Below are positions 9,068-19,476 of a DNA stretch of 64,000 bases, piece after piece. Below the pieces are notes generated by a model. That model was not told the DNA's origin. It was given only the letters and a program-made list of their open reading frames with translations, and did no database searches. Position 1 is the stretch's first letter; every line of letters begins with the position of its first letter. Source of the stretch: Terriglobia bacterium (lineage in GTDB: Bacteria; Acidobacteriota; Terriglobia; Acidiferrales; UBA7541); assembly GCA_963695545.1 (NCBI GenBank), contig OY968796.1, positions 64,001 to 128,000 on the forward strand. Direction: 5' to 3'. The translations under genes were made by a program, and so were the position numbers.

Positions 9068-11920
9068 GTGAAACTCGCTCTGATGAAACGCGCTGGCGGA
9101 TGGTTCTGCGTGGCGCTGCTGATTCCCTGCCTGCTGCGCGCGCAACAGCCTGCGCAAAATCCCGCGCCGACTTCCGCACCGAGCGCCGCGCCGTCGGCGT
9201 CAGCTCCAAGCGCCGCGCCACAAGCGGCGCCGCAAACCGCACCGCAGGCCGCGCCTGAGGCCGCGCAAGCGACCGAGGCGAAGCCGATGTATCTTGACCC
9301 GACGCAGACCGCGGACGCGCGCGCGGCCGACCTCGTCTCGCGCATGACGCTCGAAGAAAAAGTTTCGCAAATGCAGAACGTCGCGCCGGCCATCCCGCGT
9401 CTGGGAATTCCGGCTTACGACTGGTGGAACGAGGCGCTGCATGGCGTGGCGCGCGCGGGCATCGCCACGGTGTTTCCGCAAGCCATCGGACTTGCGGCAA
9501 CCTGGGACACGGACTTGATGCATCGCGTAGCCGATACGATTTCGACCGAAGCGCGCGCCAAATTTAATGAGGCGCAGCGCAACGGCGATACCAGCCGCTA
9601 CCACGGCCTCACGTTTTGGTCCCCGAACATAAATATCTTTCGCGATCCGCGGTGGGGGCGCGGGCAGGAAACTTACGGCGAGGATCCATTTCTGACGGGA
9701 AGCCTGGCAGTGGCGTTCATCGAAGGAATGCAGGGGAATGACCCGCATTACTTGAAAGTCGTGGCGACGGCCAAACATTTCGCCGTGCACAGCGGCCCGG
9801 AACCGCTGCGGCACACTTTTGACGCGAAGCCCAGCGAGACCGATCTCGACGAAACATATCTGCCGGCATTTCACGCCGCGGTTGTCGACGGCAAGGTTGC
9901 GTCGGTGATGTGCTCGTACAACGCCGTGGACGGCGTGCCGGCGTGCGCGAACACCATGTTGCTGCAGGATCACTTGCGCGGGGCGTGGGGATTTAACGGC
10001 TACGTGGTGAGCGATTGCGGCGCGATTGGCGATATATATGTCGGCCACGCCTACAAACCGAATGCGGTGGAAGCCTCGGCCGCGGCCGTGCTGGCCGGAA
10101 CGGACCTGAGCTGCGGCCGGGAATATACCACTCCCGATCCGCTCGAACCGGGCGCCACCGAGCCGGCGCTGGTGGAAGCGGTGCACAAGGGACTGATCAC
10201 CGAGGCGGCGATAAACACTTCAGTTGAGCGATTGTTCCGCGCGCGAATGCAGCTGGGAATGTTCGATCCGCCGGAAATGGTTCCCTACTCCAAAATTCCG
10301 TACTCTGAAAACGATTCGCCCGAACATAGACAACTCGCGCTCGAAGCGGCGAAAGAATCGATCGTGCTGCTGCAAAACTCGCACGGCATTCTGCCGCTCG
10401 CAGCCAGCGTCACGAGTATCACGGTGATCGGTCCTTCGGCGGACGATCCCGACACGCTGCTGGGAAATTACAACGGCACGCCTTCGAGCGTGGTGACGCC
10501 GCTTGACGGAATCGAGCAGCGATTCGGGAAGACGGCGAAGATTCGCTACGCGCTGGGCGCGACGTTTACGCCGCAATCCGATGCGCTGGTGCCGGCGAAC
10601 GCGCTAACGCCGCCCGCTCCTGCGGCCGCGGCCGATACCGCTTCTGGCGCGGCGCCCGTGCATGGTTTGCTCGCGGAATATTTCGCCAACGATCATTTCG
10701 ACGGCACGCCTGGAGTTTCGCGCGTCGAGCCGCACGTTTATTTCAATTGGGATATGAAAGATCCCGCGATCGCGGCGGCAATTCCACGCAAGCAATTTTC
10801 CGTGCGCTGGAGCGGAACGCTGACGGCTCCGGTGTCGGGCGATTACGTTCTGGGCGTGTACCGGCTTCGCTGCGACAACTGCTTTCCGGCGGGCACGGCA
10901 TCGGCGCGGATATATCTCGACGACAAAGTCGTGCTGGACGACGCAACGACGCTGCGCCGGAGCCGCACGCTTTCTGAAGCGCCCGTTACGCTCGAAGCGG
11001 GCCACTCATACGCGCTGCGCATCGAATGCGCGCAGAACTACGGCAGCGTCGGATTGGAATTTGTCTGGCGCCCGCCCGCCGCGCCGTTGCTCGCGGACGC
11101 TGTTGAGGCCGTGAAAAGTTCCGACGTTACCGTGGCGTTTCTGGGGATCAATGCAAATCTTGAAGGCGAGGAAATGCCCGTGGATCTTCCCGGGTTCAAA
11201 GGCGGCGACCGAACCACACTCGACCTTCCAGTCGGACAAGAGCAGCTGCTAGAAGCGGCGATCGCGACGGGCAAGCCCGTTGTCGTCGTGCTGCAAAGCG
11301 GGAGCGCGATCTCCGCGAATTTTGCCGCGCAGCACGCGGCGGCGATGCTCGAAGCCTGGTACGGCGGCGAAGCGGCTGGCATGGCCATCGCGGACACTTT
11401 GGCCGGCGACAACAATCCGGCGGGACGCCTGCCGGTCACATTCTATAAATCGGTCGATCAGATTCCTCCGTTCGAGGATTATTCGATGCAGGGACGCACT
11501 TACAAATATTTCAGGGGCGATCCGCTTTATCCATTCGGTTTCGGCTTGAGCTATTCGCGATTTGCATACTCGAATCTTCGCGTGACGCCCGCACCGGGCA
11601 CTCTGGGAAACTATAGCGTGACGGCTCACGTGAAAAATGTTTCGCAGCGCGATGGCGATGAAGTCGTCGAAGTGTACGCGAGCTACGGCGCGGGACCGGA
11701 TCATCCGATTCGTGAGCTTGAGGCAATCAAGCGCATCCATCTACAAGCGGGCGCGAGCAGTGACGTGCAATTCGACATCGAGCTGTCGAGCGCGCCGGGC
11801 GCCCCGGACTCTGCCAGTGGAGCGCAGCCAGCGGCGCAGGCAGGGAAAATCACGTTCAGCGTCGGCGGCGGCCAGCCATTGCCGGGAGCTCAATTCGTCG
11901 AAACCTCCGTGCGGCGATAG
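9068..11920 (+). CDS. Secreted GH3 beta-glucosidase/xylosidase with PA14 insert and FnIII-like C-terminus
   Basis: WWNEALHG, RDPRWGRGQETYGEDP, KHFAVH, VSDCG, GEEM, YPFGFGLSY. GGAGG precedes GTG at 9068; Ala/Pro/Gln linker follows the signal peptide. Confidence 0.93.
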   Translation: MKLALMKRAGGWFCVALLIPCLLRAQQPAQNPAPTSAPSAAPSASAPSAAPQAAPQTAPQAAPEAAQATEAKPMYLDPTQTADARAADLVSRMTLEEKVSQMQNVAPAIPRLGIPAYDWWNEALHGVARAGIATVFPQAIGLAATWDTDLMHRVADTISTEARAKFNEAQRNGDTSRYHGLTFWSPNINIFRDPRWGRGQETYGEDPFLTGSLAVAFIEGMQGNDPHYLKVVATAKHFAVHSGPEPLRHTFDAKPSETDLDETYLPAFHAAVVDGKVASVMCSYNAVDGVPACANTMLLQDHLRGAWGFNGYVVSDCGAIGDIYVGHAYKPNAVEASAAAVLAGTDLSCGREYTTPDPLEPGATEPALVEAVHKGLITEAAINTSVERLFRARMQLGMFDPPEMVPYSKIPYSENDSPEHRQLALEAAKESIVLLQNSHGILPLAASVTSITVIGPSADDPDTLLGNYNGTPSSVVTPLDGIEQRFGKTAKIRYALGATFTPQSDALVPANALTPPAPAAAADTASGAAPVHGLLAEYFANDHFDGTPGVSRVEPHVYFNWDMKDPAIAAAIPRKQFSVRWSGTLTAPVSGDYVLGVYRLRCDNCFPAGTASARIYLDDKVVLDDATTLRRSRTLSEAPVTLEAGHSYALRIECAQNYGSVGLEFVWRPPAAPLLADAVEAVKSSDVTVAFLGINANLEGEEMPVDLPGFKGGDRTTLDLPVGQEQLLEAAIATGKPVVVVLQSGSAISANFAAQHAAAMLEAWYGGEAAGMAIADTLAGDNNPAGRLPVTFYKSVDQIPPFEDYSMQGRTYKYFRGDPLYPFGFGLSYSRFAYSNLRVTPAPGTLGNYSVTAHVKNVSQRDGDEVVEVYASYGAGPDHPIRELEAIKRIHLQAGASSDVQFDIELSSAPGAPDSASGAQPAAQAGKITFSVGGGQPLPGAQFVETSVRR

Positions 11921-11958
11921 AGGATCGGAGCCGCGCGACCGATGCGGTGGAATCGCGA

Positions 11959-12747
11959 ATGAATTCCCAGAAACCGGCGCTGCTGGAATTTCGCAATATC
12001 ACCGTTTTTCGCGGCTTGACCGAGGCGCTGCACAACATCACGCTGCGCGTGGACGTCGGCGAACACGTCTGCATCCTGGGGCCGAATGGCTGCGGGAAAT
12101 CCACGCTGATCCAGACCGTGACGCGCGAACTGTATCCGGTGGCGCGTGAAAATTCTTCGATTTCGATTCTGGGAAAAGAGCGCTGGGAAGTTTATGAGCT
12201 GCGCACGCAGTTGGGAATTGTCTCGCCGGATTTGCTGGCGTTGTGCACCAGCGACGTGACTGGCGCGGACATCGTGCTCTCGGGATTTTTCAGCAGCACG
12301 CGGATTTTTCGCCATCATCGCGTGGAGCCGCAACTCTTGGAACGCGTGCAATCGGCGCTGGCCGCGCTGCGAATCGAAAATCTGGCGAACCGGCCGGTAG
12401 CGGAAATGTCGTCGGGCGAAGCCAAGCGCGTGCTGATCGCGCGCGCGCTGGTGCACCAGCCGAAGACGCTGCTGTTCGATGAGCCGAGCAATTCGCTGGA
12501 TATCGGCGCGCAGCAGCGGCTTCGCGAAACGATGCGCGAACTGGCGCAGCGCGGGATCGGCATCCTGCTGGTGACGCATCATCTCGCCGACGTGATTCCG
12601 GAGATCGAGCGCGTGGTTCTGCTCTCGCAAGGACGTATCGTCGCCGACGGCCCGAAGGAGAAGATGCTTACGGCCGAGCGTCTCGCGGCGCTGTTCGGCG
12701 TGCCGGTCGAAATCTCGCGGCGCGATGGGTATTATCACCTGTATTGA
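11959..12747 (+). CDS. Orphan ABC transporter ATP-binding protein (ModF/iron-complex-like)
   Basis: Walker A GPNGCGKST, signature MSSGE, Walker B LLFDEP, H-loop VTHH. Confidence 0.88.
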   Translation: MNSQKPALLEFRNITVFRGLTEALHNITLRVDVGEHVCILGPNGCGKSTLIQTVTRELYPVARENSSISILGKERWEVYELRTQLGIVSPDLLALCTSDVTGADIVLSGFFSSTRIFRHHRVEPQLLERVQSALAALRIENLANRPVAEMSSGEAKRVLIARALVHQPKTLLFDEPSNSLDIGAQQRLRETMRELAQRGIGILLVTHHLADVIPEIERVVLLSQGRIVADGPKEKMLTAERLAALFGVPVEISRRDGYYHLY

Positions 12748-12807
12748 AGCGCTTTCCGTGCGACTTGCGTTCGGTGCTTCGCCTCGCGTGCTGATACGCT
12801 TACATCC

Positions 12808-14607
12808 ATGAATTCCGAACTGCCGCCGACGTCCACGAGCTGCGAAGGATCTGTTGACGCTCGGCCGGCGCGCCGAACCGCGCTTCACTTATTCCTGCTC
12901 GGCGCGCTGGTATTCCTGTTTTGCTGGCCACTTCTGTTTCACGGTCTGCCGGAACTCTCCGACGATTCGACGATCCATGTTGGGTGGGACAAAGGTTTCT
13001 CAAATCAACTCGCGGCCGGCGAATGGTATCCGCGCTGGCTGTCTGAAGATAATGACGGGCTCGGCTCGCCCGTTTTTTTTTACTACGCGCCGATTCCGAG
13101 CTACGCGTCGAGCGCGTTCCGCTTTCTCTTTGGTGCGCGCGATCCCGACGGTTGGCTCGAATCGGGATACGGATGTTTCCTGGCCGTGCTTCTTTCGGCC
13201 TTCGGAGCGTATTTCTGGCTGCGCTCGCACGCTTCCGGGCGAGCCGCACTTTTCGGCGCCGCGATTTACGTCATCGCGCCGTATCACTTGGCGGTTGATC
13301 TGTATGTGCGCGGCGCGACGGCCGAGCTCTGGACGTTCGCGTGGATGCCGCTGATTTTGCTTTCTGTCGAAGCGCTGGCGTGCCGCGCGAGATGGGCATT
13401 CCCGGCGCTGGCTGTCGGCTACGCACTGCTGGTGATGACTCACCTTCCCACGGTCCTGTGTTTCTCGCCGGTTGTTCTGGGCGCCGGCTTTTTTCTGGCG
13501 CAGCGAAATCGCGCGATCGTGACCGCGCTCGAAACGCTGGCCGCGATGGCGCTCGGCGCGGGACTTGCCGCGATCTATTTGGTTCCCGCGATGTTCGATC
13601 AGTGGAAAATCAACATTCTGCATCTCGTCGATTCCAATTTCGATTTTCGCTACCAATGGCTTTTCCGGCCCGTCGCCTGGGGCCTCGATTTTCCGGAGCG
13701 CATGGCGATTTTGAACGCCACTATGTTCGCGTTTATCGGAATCTTGCTCTGGCTGTGCCTTCGTCATTGCATCGATCGCGACACTCGGCGCGTGGCAATT
13801 TTTTACGCCGGAGTGACGGTGTTCGCGTTCGTATGCATGTCGCAACTGAGCTATCTCGCGTGGCGAATGATTCCCTATTTGCGATTCGTGCAGTTCCCGT
13901 GGCGATTCAGCGTTCTGCCGCCGCTGGCCGCCGCGATGCTCTCGGCGTTGTCGTTCTCGTATCTCACGCAGCGGCGCGCGCGCCTCGTCGCGGCTTCTCT
14001 CGTCGTTCTTGCAGCGGGATGGATCGGCGCGACGGTGTGGGTCGCGCGCCCGGAGATATCTGCCGCGATGGGGCGCGCAAATCCTCTGGCGGCTGCCGCT
14101 CGCGCCGAAGTGAAATCGCGGCCTGGGCCTTGCGAGTATTTGCCGCTGAGCACGGCTCTCGCCGGGAATTGTTCGGACAAATCCGGCGTGCGCGTGCAGA
14201 TGCTGCGGGAATTGCTCGGTGGCCACGCGGCAAAATCGGCGTTTTTTCCGGCCGGCTCCGCGGATCAGATTGGCGGTGCGGCGGCGGTGCTCGATTGGAA
14301 ACCGCGAAAAGTGCTGCTTGACGTAAGTGCGCCCGAGGCCGGGCCGCTTACTCTCCGGCATTTTTATTACATAGGCTGGTCCGCGCACGTCGCGAGCACG
14401 GGAGAATCGATTCCAATTGGACCGTCGAAGCCGGACGGTTTTCTGCAAGTGACCGTACCGCAGGGAAATCACGAAATCGTCGTCGAACTCCCGACGCAGC
14501 CAACAGAAAAAGCCGGGCGCCTCATTTCGCTTGCGAGCCTGGCTGGCCTGGCGCTGATTGCCGTGTACTTGAAACAAAGGACGTCCCTGGCAGATCTCTC
14601 GGACTGA
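12808..14607 (+). CDS. Polytopic membrane protein, PTPS-related / GT-C-like glycosyltransferase
   Basis: YPRW...GLGSPVFFYY, APYH..DLYVRG..AE, VQFPWRF, many TM segments and a YfhO-like C-terminal region. Confidence 0.7.
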   Translation: MNSELPPTSTSCEGSVDARPARRTALHLFLLGALVFLFCWPLLFHGLPELSDDSTIHVGWDKGFSNQLAAGEWYPRWLSEDNDGLGSPVFFYYAPIPSYASSAFRFLFGARDPDGWLESGYGCFLAVLLSAFGAYFWLRSHASGRAALFGAAIYVIAPYHLAVDLYVRGATAELWTFAWMPLILLSVEALACRARWAFPALAVGYALLVMTHLPTVLCFSPVVLGAGFFLAQRNRAIVTALETLAAMALGAGLAAIYLVPAMFDQWKINILHLVDSNFDFRYQWLFRPVAWGLDFPERMAILNATMFAFIGILLWLCLRHCIDRDTRRVAIFYAGVTVFAFVCMSQLSYLAWRMIPYLRFVQFPWRFSVLPPLAAAMLSALSFSYLTQRRARLVAASLVVLAAGWIGATVWVARPEISAAMGRANPLAAAARAEVKSRPGPCEYLPLSTALAGNCSDKSGVRVQMLRELLGGHAAKSAFFPAGSADQIGGAAAVLDWKPRKVLLDVSAPEAGPLTLRHFYYIGWSAHVASTGESIPIGPSKPDGFLQVTVPQGNHEIVVELPTQPTEKAGRLISLASLAGLALIAVYLKQRTSLADLSD

Positions 14608-14649
14608 GTGACGCGAGCGGTTCACGATTGTGCACGGCGCCGCGTTGCG

Positions 14650-14679
14650 TTGACCCTCCAAGAATGACGGGGCTATACT
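14650..14679 (+). promoter_or_regulatory. Sigma70-like promoter of the NPN-repeat gene
   Basis: TTGACC-18-TATACT. Confidence 0.55.
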
Positions 14680-14730
14680 CCGCGCCGGCGCGGCTGGCCT
14701 GCCGACCGCCCTCGGCTTGAGCTGCTCGAG

Positions 14731-16980
14731 GTGAGCGTGTCTACGAGGCACCTTCGACTTCTGTGCAAGACATTCGCGGCTGTGTTGTTGGCCATTTTTA
14801 TCGGTTTGGCCGCGCCCGCGAAGGCGGCTACTGATTCGCTGGTTGGAGTGTGGACGTTCGTAAGCGATTCTGACGGCGGATCTGCCGACACCGGAATTGT
14901 CATCACGATGACGTTAGGTCCCGGCGGCGTCGCATTTTCCGCAGTCGGGCCGAGCGAGAACCTGAGCGGCAGTGGAACGTGGTCCACAAGCGGCAACAGG
15001 ATCACGATTCAATTGCCGAGTCTCGGCAAGTCCGCGGTGAATCAACCGTACACGCTGAATAGAAACTCGCTGACTCTTCCCTTTAAGCTTTTTTCCAGCG
15101 GGGCGGGGACATCAACTTGGGTTCGGGCGACGACGCCATCGAACAATAACAATTCCGATAATCCCAACAACCCGAACCCACCGAATAACCCGAACAACCC
15201 AAACAATCCGAATGACCCGAACAACCCAAATAATCCCAACAACCCGAACAATCCGAATAACCCAAACAACCCAAATAATCCTAATAGCCCAAGCAATCCG
15301 AATAACCCAAACAACCCAAATAATCCCAACAACCCGAACAATCCGAATAACCCAAACAACCCAAATAATCCTAATAGCCCAAGCAATCCGAATAACCCAA
15401 ACAACCCAAATAATCCCAACAACCCGAACAATCCCAGCAATCCGAACAATCCTAACAATCCTAATAACCCCAACAGTCCGAATAATCCGAATAATCCCGC
15501 CAACCCTTCAAATCCCGAGTCGCCCGCGAATTCGGCGATCGCGCCTTACGTTGGAGATTGGGTCGGTGATGGTTGGAGCTGGGAGACGAGATTCCGCCAG
15601 ACCAGCCAGCAATTCGCCGGCGGTTTCCCGGGCGGGCAAAATGTGATTCAGGACCGCGACGAAGCGAAAGACGTGGTAATGGAAGTCACCGTGAACCACG
15701 CGACGAACTTTGCATTCACGGTGGACGCCTCCGGGAACGTAACCGGCAAAGGGGAAATCGTCTATAGCCTGACGCCCAATACGTGCGGTCTGGCGATCCT
15801 CACCAAGCAGGTGAACGATGCGGTGAACATGATGGGGGTGTTCGCCAAGTACGCCAAGATCGCGATGGATATCGGGACCGCGGCGATTGAATCGTACGAC
15901 GCCGAGTTCACGGCAAGCGAGAACGAACTTGCAGAGGACATGGAAACGCTTACCGCAAAAGGCGCGAAGCTGAACCCGCGCATGAATCGATACGCTGGGA
16001 CCGGCGGAACGGAAGCAGACCAGGCGATAGAAGAAGCGATCGGACGAGATTTTGAAGACATGGGCGCTTCGCAAGATTCCCGAGCCTTGGCGTTGCAGCA
16101 GATCATGTATCGCTGCTCGGGCGGGGGATACGAGGTTGCCGGCGGAATGCCGTGCAGCCTCATAAGTTCTCCTCCGATAGAGAAGGAGGCCGAAGGAATA
16201 TTGGCGACGATGAAGGCCAAATCCGAAAGTGAGATTCTGGACCAGATCGGCGAGAAAGAAGTCGAGGAGATCAAGGAGTTCGTCGACCACGAGGAGCAAG
16301 CGACAGCCGGATGTTCATCCGTCGGCCCGACGAACATCGAGCAATACGGAAAATACATGGAAGGCAAGTTCGCCGAAATGGCATCGGGGCAGGCGGCCGA
16401 ATTTTTGAGTGAGGGTTCTCTCGGGCTCACTCCCTTAACATCGATGATGCTTTCGATCCCGGGCATTACTCAGGTGGCCTACTGGTATCAAGGATTTCCA
16501 GACGGCGCTGAAAAGAGAACGTTCGATATCAGTGGTCACGTCGAAGCGCAGGGTGGCGCAGCGAAGCTCTACCTGAATATGGATGGGGACGTCGGGGGAG
16601 GATCGAAGGATCTGACCGTGAAATACATGGTGAATTACAAATGGGATCAGGGAACGTTCCCGGCATATTCGCCGTTCTTGCAGGGCCCGGGACAGGCGCA
16701 GACTTCCGGTGACGCGACTATGTACCAGAGCACCGCTGCTGCGGCGGAGGGGGGAGGCGCCGAAGGAAATGCCGAGGGCGGCGAGTCAGGCGAGGGAGGC
16801 CCCGGCAAGCCGCCGCCGAAAAAGAACACGACAACCACGTCCGTGCATATGGACTCTCCCTTTGCAACGTTCTTTGAATCCGGAACGCATCGAGGCGGAG
16901 TGCAGCCGTGGCAGGAATATGAATACTACTGGTTCGCGCACAAAGTAACCGAACCCGCGCCGGGGCCCGCTGGGAATTGA
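14731..16980 (+). CDS. Secreted hypothetical protein with a ~125-aa (NPN)n low-complexity tract
   Basis: 749-aa ORF, signal peptide ending AKA, lipocalin-like GxW strands flanking the repeat. Confidence 0.8.
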   Translation: MSVSTRHLRLLCKTFAAVLLAIFIGLAAPAKAATDSLVGVWTFVSDSDGGSADTGIVITMTLGPGGVAFSAVGPSENLSGSGTWSTSGNRITIQLPSLGKSAVNQPYTLNRNSLTLPFKLFSSGAGTSTWVRATTPSNNNNSDNPNNPNPPNNPNNPNNPNDPNNPNNPNNPNNPNNPNNPNNPNSPSNPNNPNNPNNPNNPNNPNNPNNPNNPNSPSNPNNPNNPNNPNNPNNPSNPNNPNNPNNPNSPNNPNNPANPSNPESPANSAIAPYVGDWVGDGWSWETRFRQTSQQFAGGFPGGQNVIQDRDEAKDVVMEVTVNHATNFAFTVDASGNVTGKGEIVYSLTPNTCGLAILTKQVNDAVNMMGVFAKYAKIAMDIGTAAIESYDAEFTASENELAEDMETLTAKGAKLNPRMNRYAGTGGTEADQAIEEAIGRDFEDMGASQDSRALALQQIMYRCSGGGYEVAGGMPCSLISSPPIEKEAEGILATMKAKSESEILDQIGEKEVEEIKEFVDHEEQATAGCSSVGPTNIEQYGKYMEGKFAEMASGQAAEFLSEGSLGLTPLTSMMLSIPGITQVAYWYQGFPDGAEKRTFDISGHVEAQGGAAKLYLNMDGDVGGGSKDLTVKYMVNYKWDQGTFPAYSPFLQGPGQAQTSGDATMYQSTAAAAEGGGAEGNAEGGESGEGGPGKPPPKKNTTTTSVHMDSPFATFFESGTHRGGVQPWQEYEYYWFAHKVTEPAPGPAGN
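15141..15516 (+). repeat. 9-bp (NNP) coding tandem repeat containing an exact 90-bp higher-order duplication
   Basis: acaacccaaataatcccaac recurs at 15221, 15311 and 15401. Confidence 0.95.
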
Positions 16981-17085
16981 GAAGAAGATTATTCGAGCTT
17001 TGGACTGAATCGCGGATGCGTTGTCAGTGAGGGCCGTGCTGCTGGAAAACGAATTTCAGAAAAATTGAAACGCGTGGAGGCAATC

Positions 17086-17826
17086 GTGGCGAAAACAAAA
17101 AAGGATTTGCATCGGATGCGCTGGATCACGGTAAGCCTCTGCGCACTCGTATTTGTCGCGCTGGTGGCAACCACGCACGCCCGAACGCAGCAAAACTCCA
17201 GTCAGCCGCTTTCCAATTTCAAATATCAATTCAAGATCGGCGTGCTGCCGTTCGTGGACAACACAGGATCCGGCGGAGACGATATGGGCGCGGCACTGTC
17301 GCGCGCGGTGCAGGCCGAATTCACGCACTCGACGGATCTTGAAGGGCGCGTGGTGCCGCTGGATCAGGGGATGGCGGCGAGCGACGTTGACGACGCAAAG
17401 GCGGTGGAATTGGGCCGCGCGCATAGAGTCGACGTGGTGCTCGTGGGCACGGTTCTGGAGGCGTCGTCCGAGCAAACCAGCAAGAGCGGCAACGGGCCGT
17501 CGTTCGGAGGGATCACGCTGGGAGGCAGCGCGAATTCGATGAAGGCTACCGTGACGCTGCAAGGGGACATCTACAACACCACGACGGGAAAAAAAATCGA
17601 CAGCATTCGCGTTACGGGAAACGATTCGGAGACCAAAGTCGGCACCGACGTTTCGACCGACTTGGGCGGACTTTCATCCGGAGGCGCTTCGTTCGACAAC
17701 GCTCCAATCGGCAAGGCGCTGCACAAGGCAGTTGCAGACTTGACGAAAAAGATTGCGGCCGAAGAATCGCAAATGATCCGATATCAGCCCGACGCGTCCG
17801 GCGGCTCGGCCGCTCCGCAGAATTAG
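17086..17826 (+). CDS. Exported CsgG/HfaB/TolB-N-like fold protein
   Basis: GGAGG before GTG 17086; signal peptide; IGVLPF...ELGR..VDVVLVGTV...TVTLQGDIYNTTTGK...GKALHKAV pattern. Confidence 0.7.
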   Translation: MAKTKKDLHRMRWITVSLCALVFVALVATTHARTQQNSSQPLSNFKYQFKIGVLPFVDNTGSGGDDMGAALSRAVQAEFTHSTDLEGRVVPLDQGMAASDVDDAKAVELGRAHRVDVVLVGTVLEASSEQTSKSGNGPSFGGITLGGSANSMKATVTLQGDIYNTTTGKKIDSIRVTGNDSETKVGTDVSTDLGGLSSGGASFDNAPIGKALHKAVADLTKKIAAEESQMIRYQPDASGGSAAPQN

Positions 17827-17869
17827 CCGAACGGATTTCGGAATCGCCGCATGGAATCCGGACGCGCGC

Positions 17870-18841
17870 CTAGTGTTGCCGCGCGACAAGCAGAAGCAGC
17901 GCGAAAATGATGATGGGTATCAGCGCGAAGCCCAGGTAAGACCACCCCGACTGGACGCTTGGCACAAGCGTCGGCGCCACATCGTCGGCCTCGACGCGTT
18001 CGCTAATCCCCGCTTCATCTTGATGTTCGAGATCCCACGCCAGCGCGGCCGCGGTCGCGTAGCGCGCCTTGGGATCGCGTTCGAGCGCGCGCAAAACGAT
18101 CTGCTCGAGCTGCGGCGAAATCTCCGGCGCAAGTTCGCGCGGCGGCCGCGGCCTCACAACGAGGCGCTGGTTCATTGCGGCCAGAATATTCGCGCCGGTA
18201 AACGGCACTTGTCCGGTGAGCATCTCGTAAAGCATCACGCCGAGTGAAAAAACGTCGCTGCGCGGATCGCCGCGCTTCCCTTTCACCTGTTCGGGAGACA
18301 TGTAGTCGGGCGTGCCCATGGCTCGCGTGAGCTTTCCGAACGTCAGCCGGCGCGCGGCGGCCTCGCGGGCGATGCCGAAGTCGATGAGTTTGATGCGGCC
18401 TTCGGAATCGACGAGGATATTGTCGGGCTTTAGATCGCGATGCACCACTCCGTGTTTGTGAATGTAATCGAGCGCGTCGCACACGCGGACCGCAATTCCC
18501 ACGGCGCGCTCCGGCGGCAACTTCTTCCGCTCGTCGAGGATTTCGCGCAGGCGCCGCCCTTCGGCCCATTCCATCACCATGCAGACGCGGCTGGATTCGT
18601 CTTCGGCGAGCACTTTCACGACGCCGGGGTGATCGAGTTTTTTGCCGATGTCGATCTCGCGATGAAATCGATCGAAGAAAACCGGGTCGCATTCCGCTTC
18701 GGGGTGCGGCACCTTGATAGCCACCGGGGCGCCGGTCGTTACGTCCGTGCCGCGATAGATGCAGGCCATGCCGCCGCGCGCCAGAAGTTCATCGACTCGA
18801 AAACGGCCGATGCGGTCACCGCGTTGGACTGGAGCAATCAT
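17870..18841 (-). CDS. Hanks-type Ser/Thr protein kinase with C-terminal membrane anchor
   Basis: VAIK, HRDLKPDN, DFG, GTPDYMSPE, DVFSLG; hydrophobic C-terminal helix. Confidence 0.93.
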   Translation of the reverse strand: MIAPVQRGDRIGRFRVDELLARGGMACIYRGTDVTTGAPVAIKVPHPEAECDPVFFDRFHREIDIGKKLDHPGVVKVLAEDESSRVCMVMEWAEGRRLREILDERKKLPPERAVGIAVRVCDALDYIHKHGVVHRDLKPDNILVDSEGRIKLIDFGIAREAAARRLTFGKLTRAMGTPDYMSPEQVKGKRGDPRSDVFSLGVMLYEMLTGQVPFTGANILAAMNQRLVVRPRPPRELAPEISPQLEQIVLRALERDPKARYATAAALAWDLEHQDEAGISERVEADDVAPTLVPSVQSGWSYLGFALIPIIIFALLLLVARQH

Positions 18842-18884
18842 ATTTCCCGATCGTCCTCGATCGTCGAATCGGCCGCGCGCGGCC

Positions 18885-19466
18885 TTACTTCGCCACGTGA
18901 TATTTCTGATCGAGCGCGATATTCAACAGCAGCACGTTGACGCGCGGCTCGCCCAGGAATCCCAAATCGGGCCGCTGCGTAAACTGCGCGATCAACGGCT
19001 CAATCTGATCCTGCGAAACGCCGCGCGCTTTTGCCACGCGCGCAGCCTGCGCCTCGGCTGCAGCCGGGCTGATGTGCGGATCAAGACCGCTCGCAGACGT
19101 CGTGAGAATGTCCGATGGAATGTCGCCCGTGAAATCGGGATTCTCCTTGCGGAAAGCCGCAACCGAGGCCTGCAAGCGTGTCATCAGCGCCTGACTCGTC
19201 GGCCCGAGGTTGGACCCGCCTGACGCCGTCGGGTCGTATCCGTTCCCGGCGACCGAGGGCCGCGGATGAAAATATTCTGGCTTCGTAAATCCTTGCGCGA
19301 TGAGGCTCGATCCGACAACGTTTCCGTTCACGGTGACCAGGCTGCCGTTCGCCTGCTTCGGAAAAACCAATTGCGACACGCCGGTCATCACCGCGGGATA
19401 AAGCAGACCGGTGAGAATCGTGAAAACCACCATCAATCGAAATCCGGGTCCAAGTTCCTTGATCAT
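18885..19466 (-). CDS. kdpC: K+-transporting ATPase subunit C
   Basis: YFHPRPS, SGGSNLGP, SASGLDPHIS, GEPRVNVL. Confidence 0.97.
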   Translation of the reverse strand: MIKELGPGFRLMVVFTILTGLLYPAVMTGVSQLVFPKQANGSLVTVNGNVVGSSLIAQGFTKPEYFHPRPSVAGNGYDPTASGGSNLGPTSQALMTRLQASVAAFRKENPDFTGDIPSDILTTSASGLDPHISPAAAEAQAARVAKARGVSQDQIEPLIAQFTQRPDLGFLGEPRVNVLLLNIALDQKYHVAK

Positions 19467-19476
19467 TTGCTGCTCC

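Noticed and set aside
8630..9157. N-terminal extension of the 817-aa M61 ORF
   Set aside because: It overlaps the divergent GH3 gene; the SD and signal peptide place the start at 8629
13000..14751. 583-aa minus-strand ORF
   Set aside because: Antisense to the membrane glycosyltransferase-like gene; Arg-rich and without motifs
15042..15503. Hydrophobic (GLF)n ORF on the minus strand
   Set aside because: Simply the reverse complement of the NPN repeat
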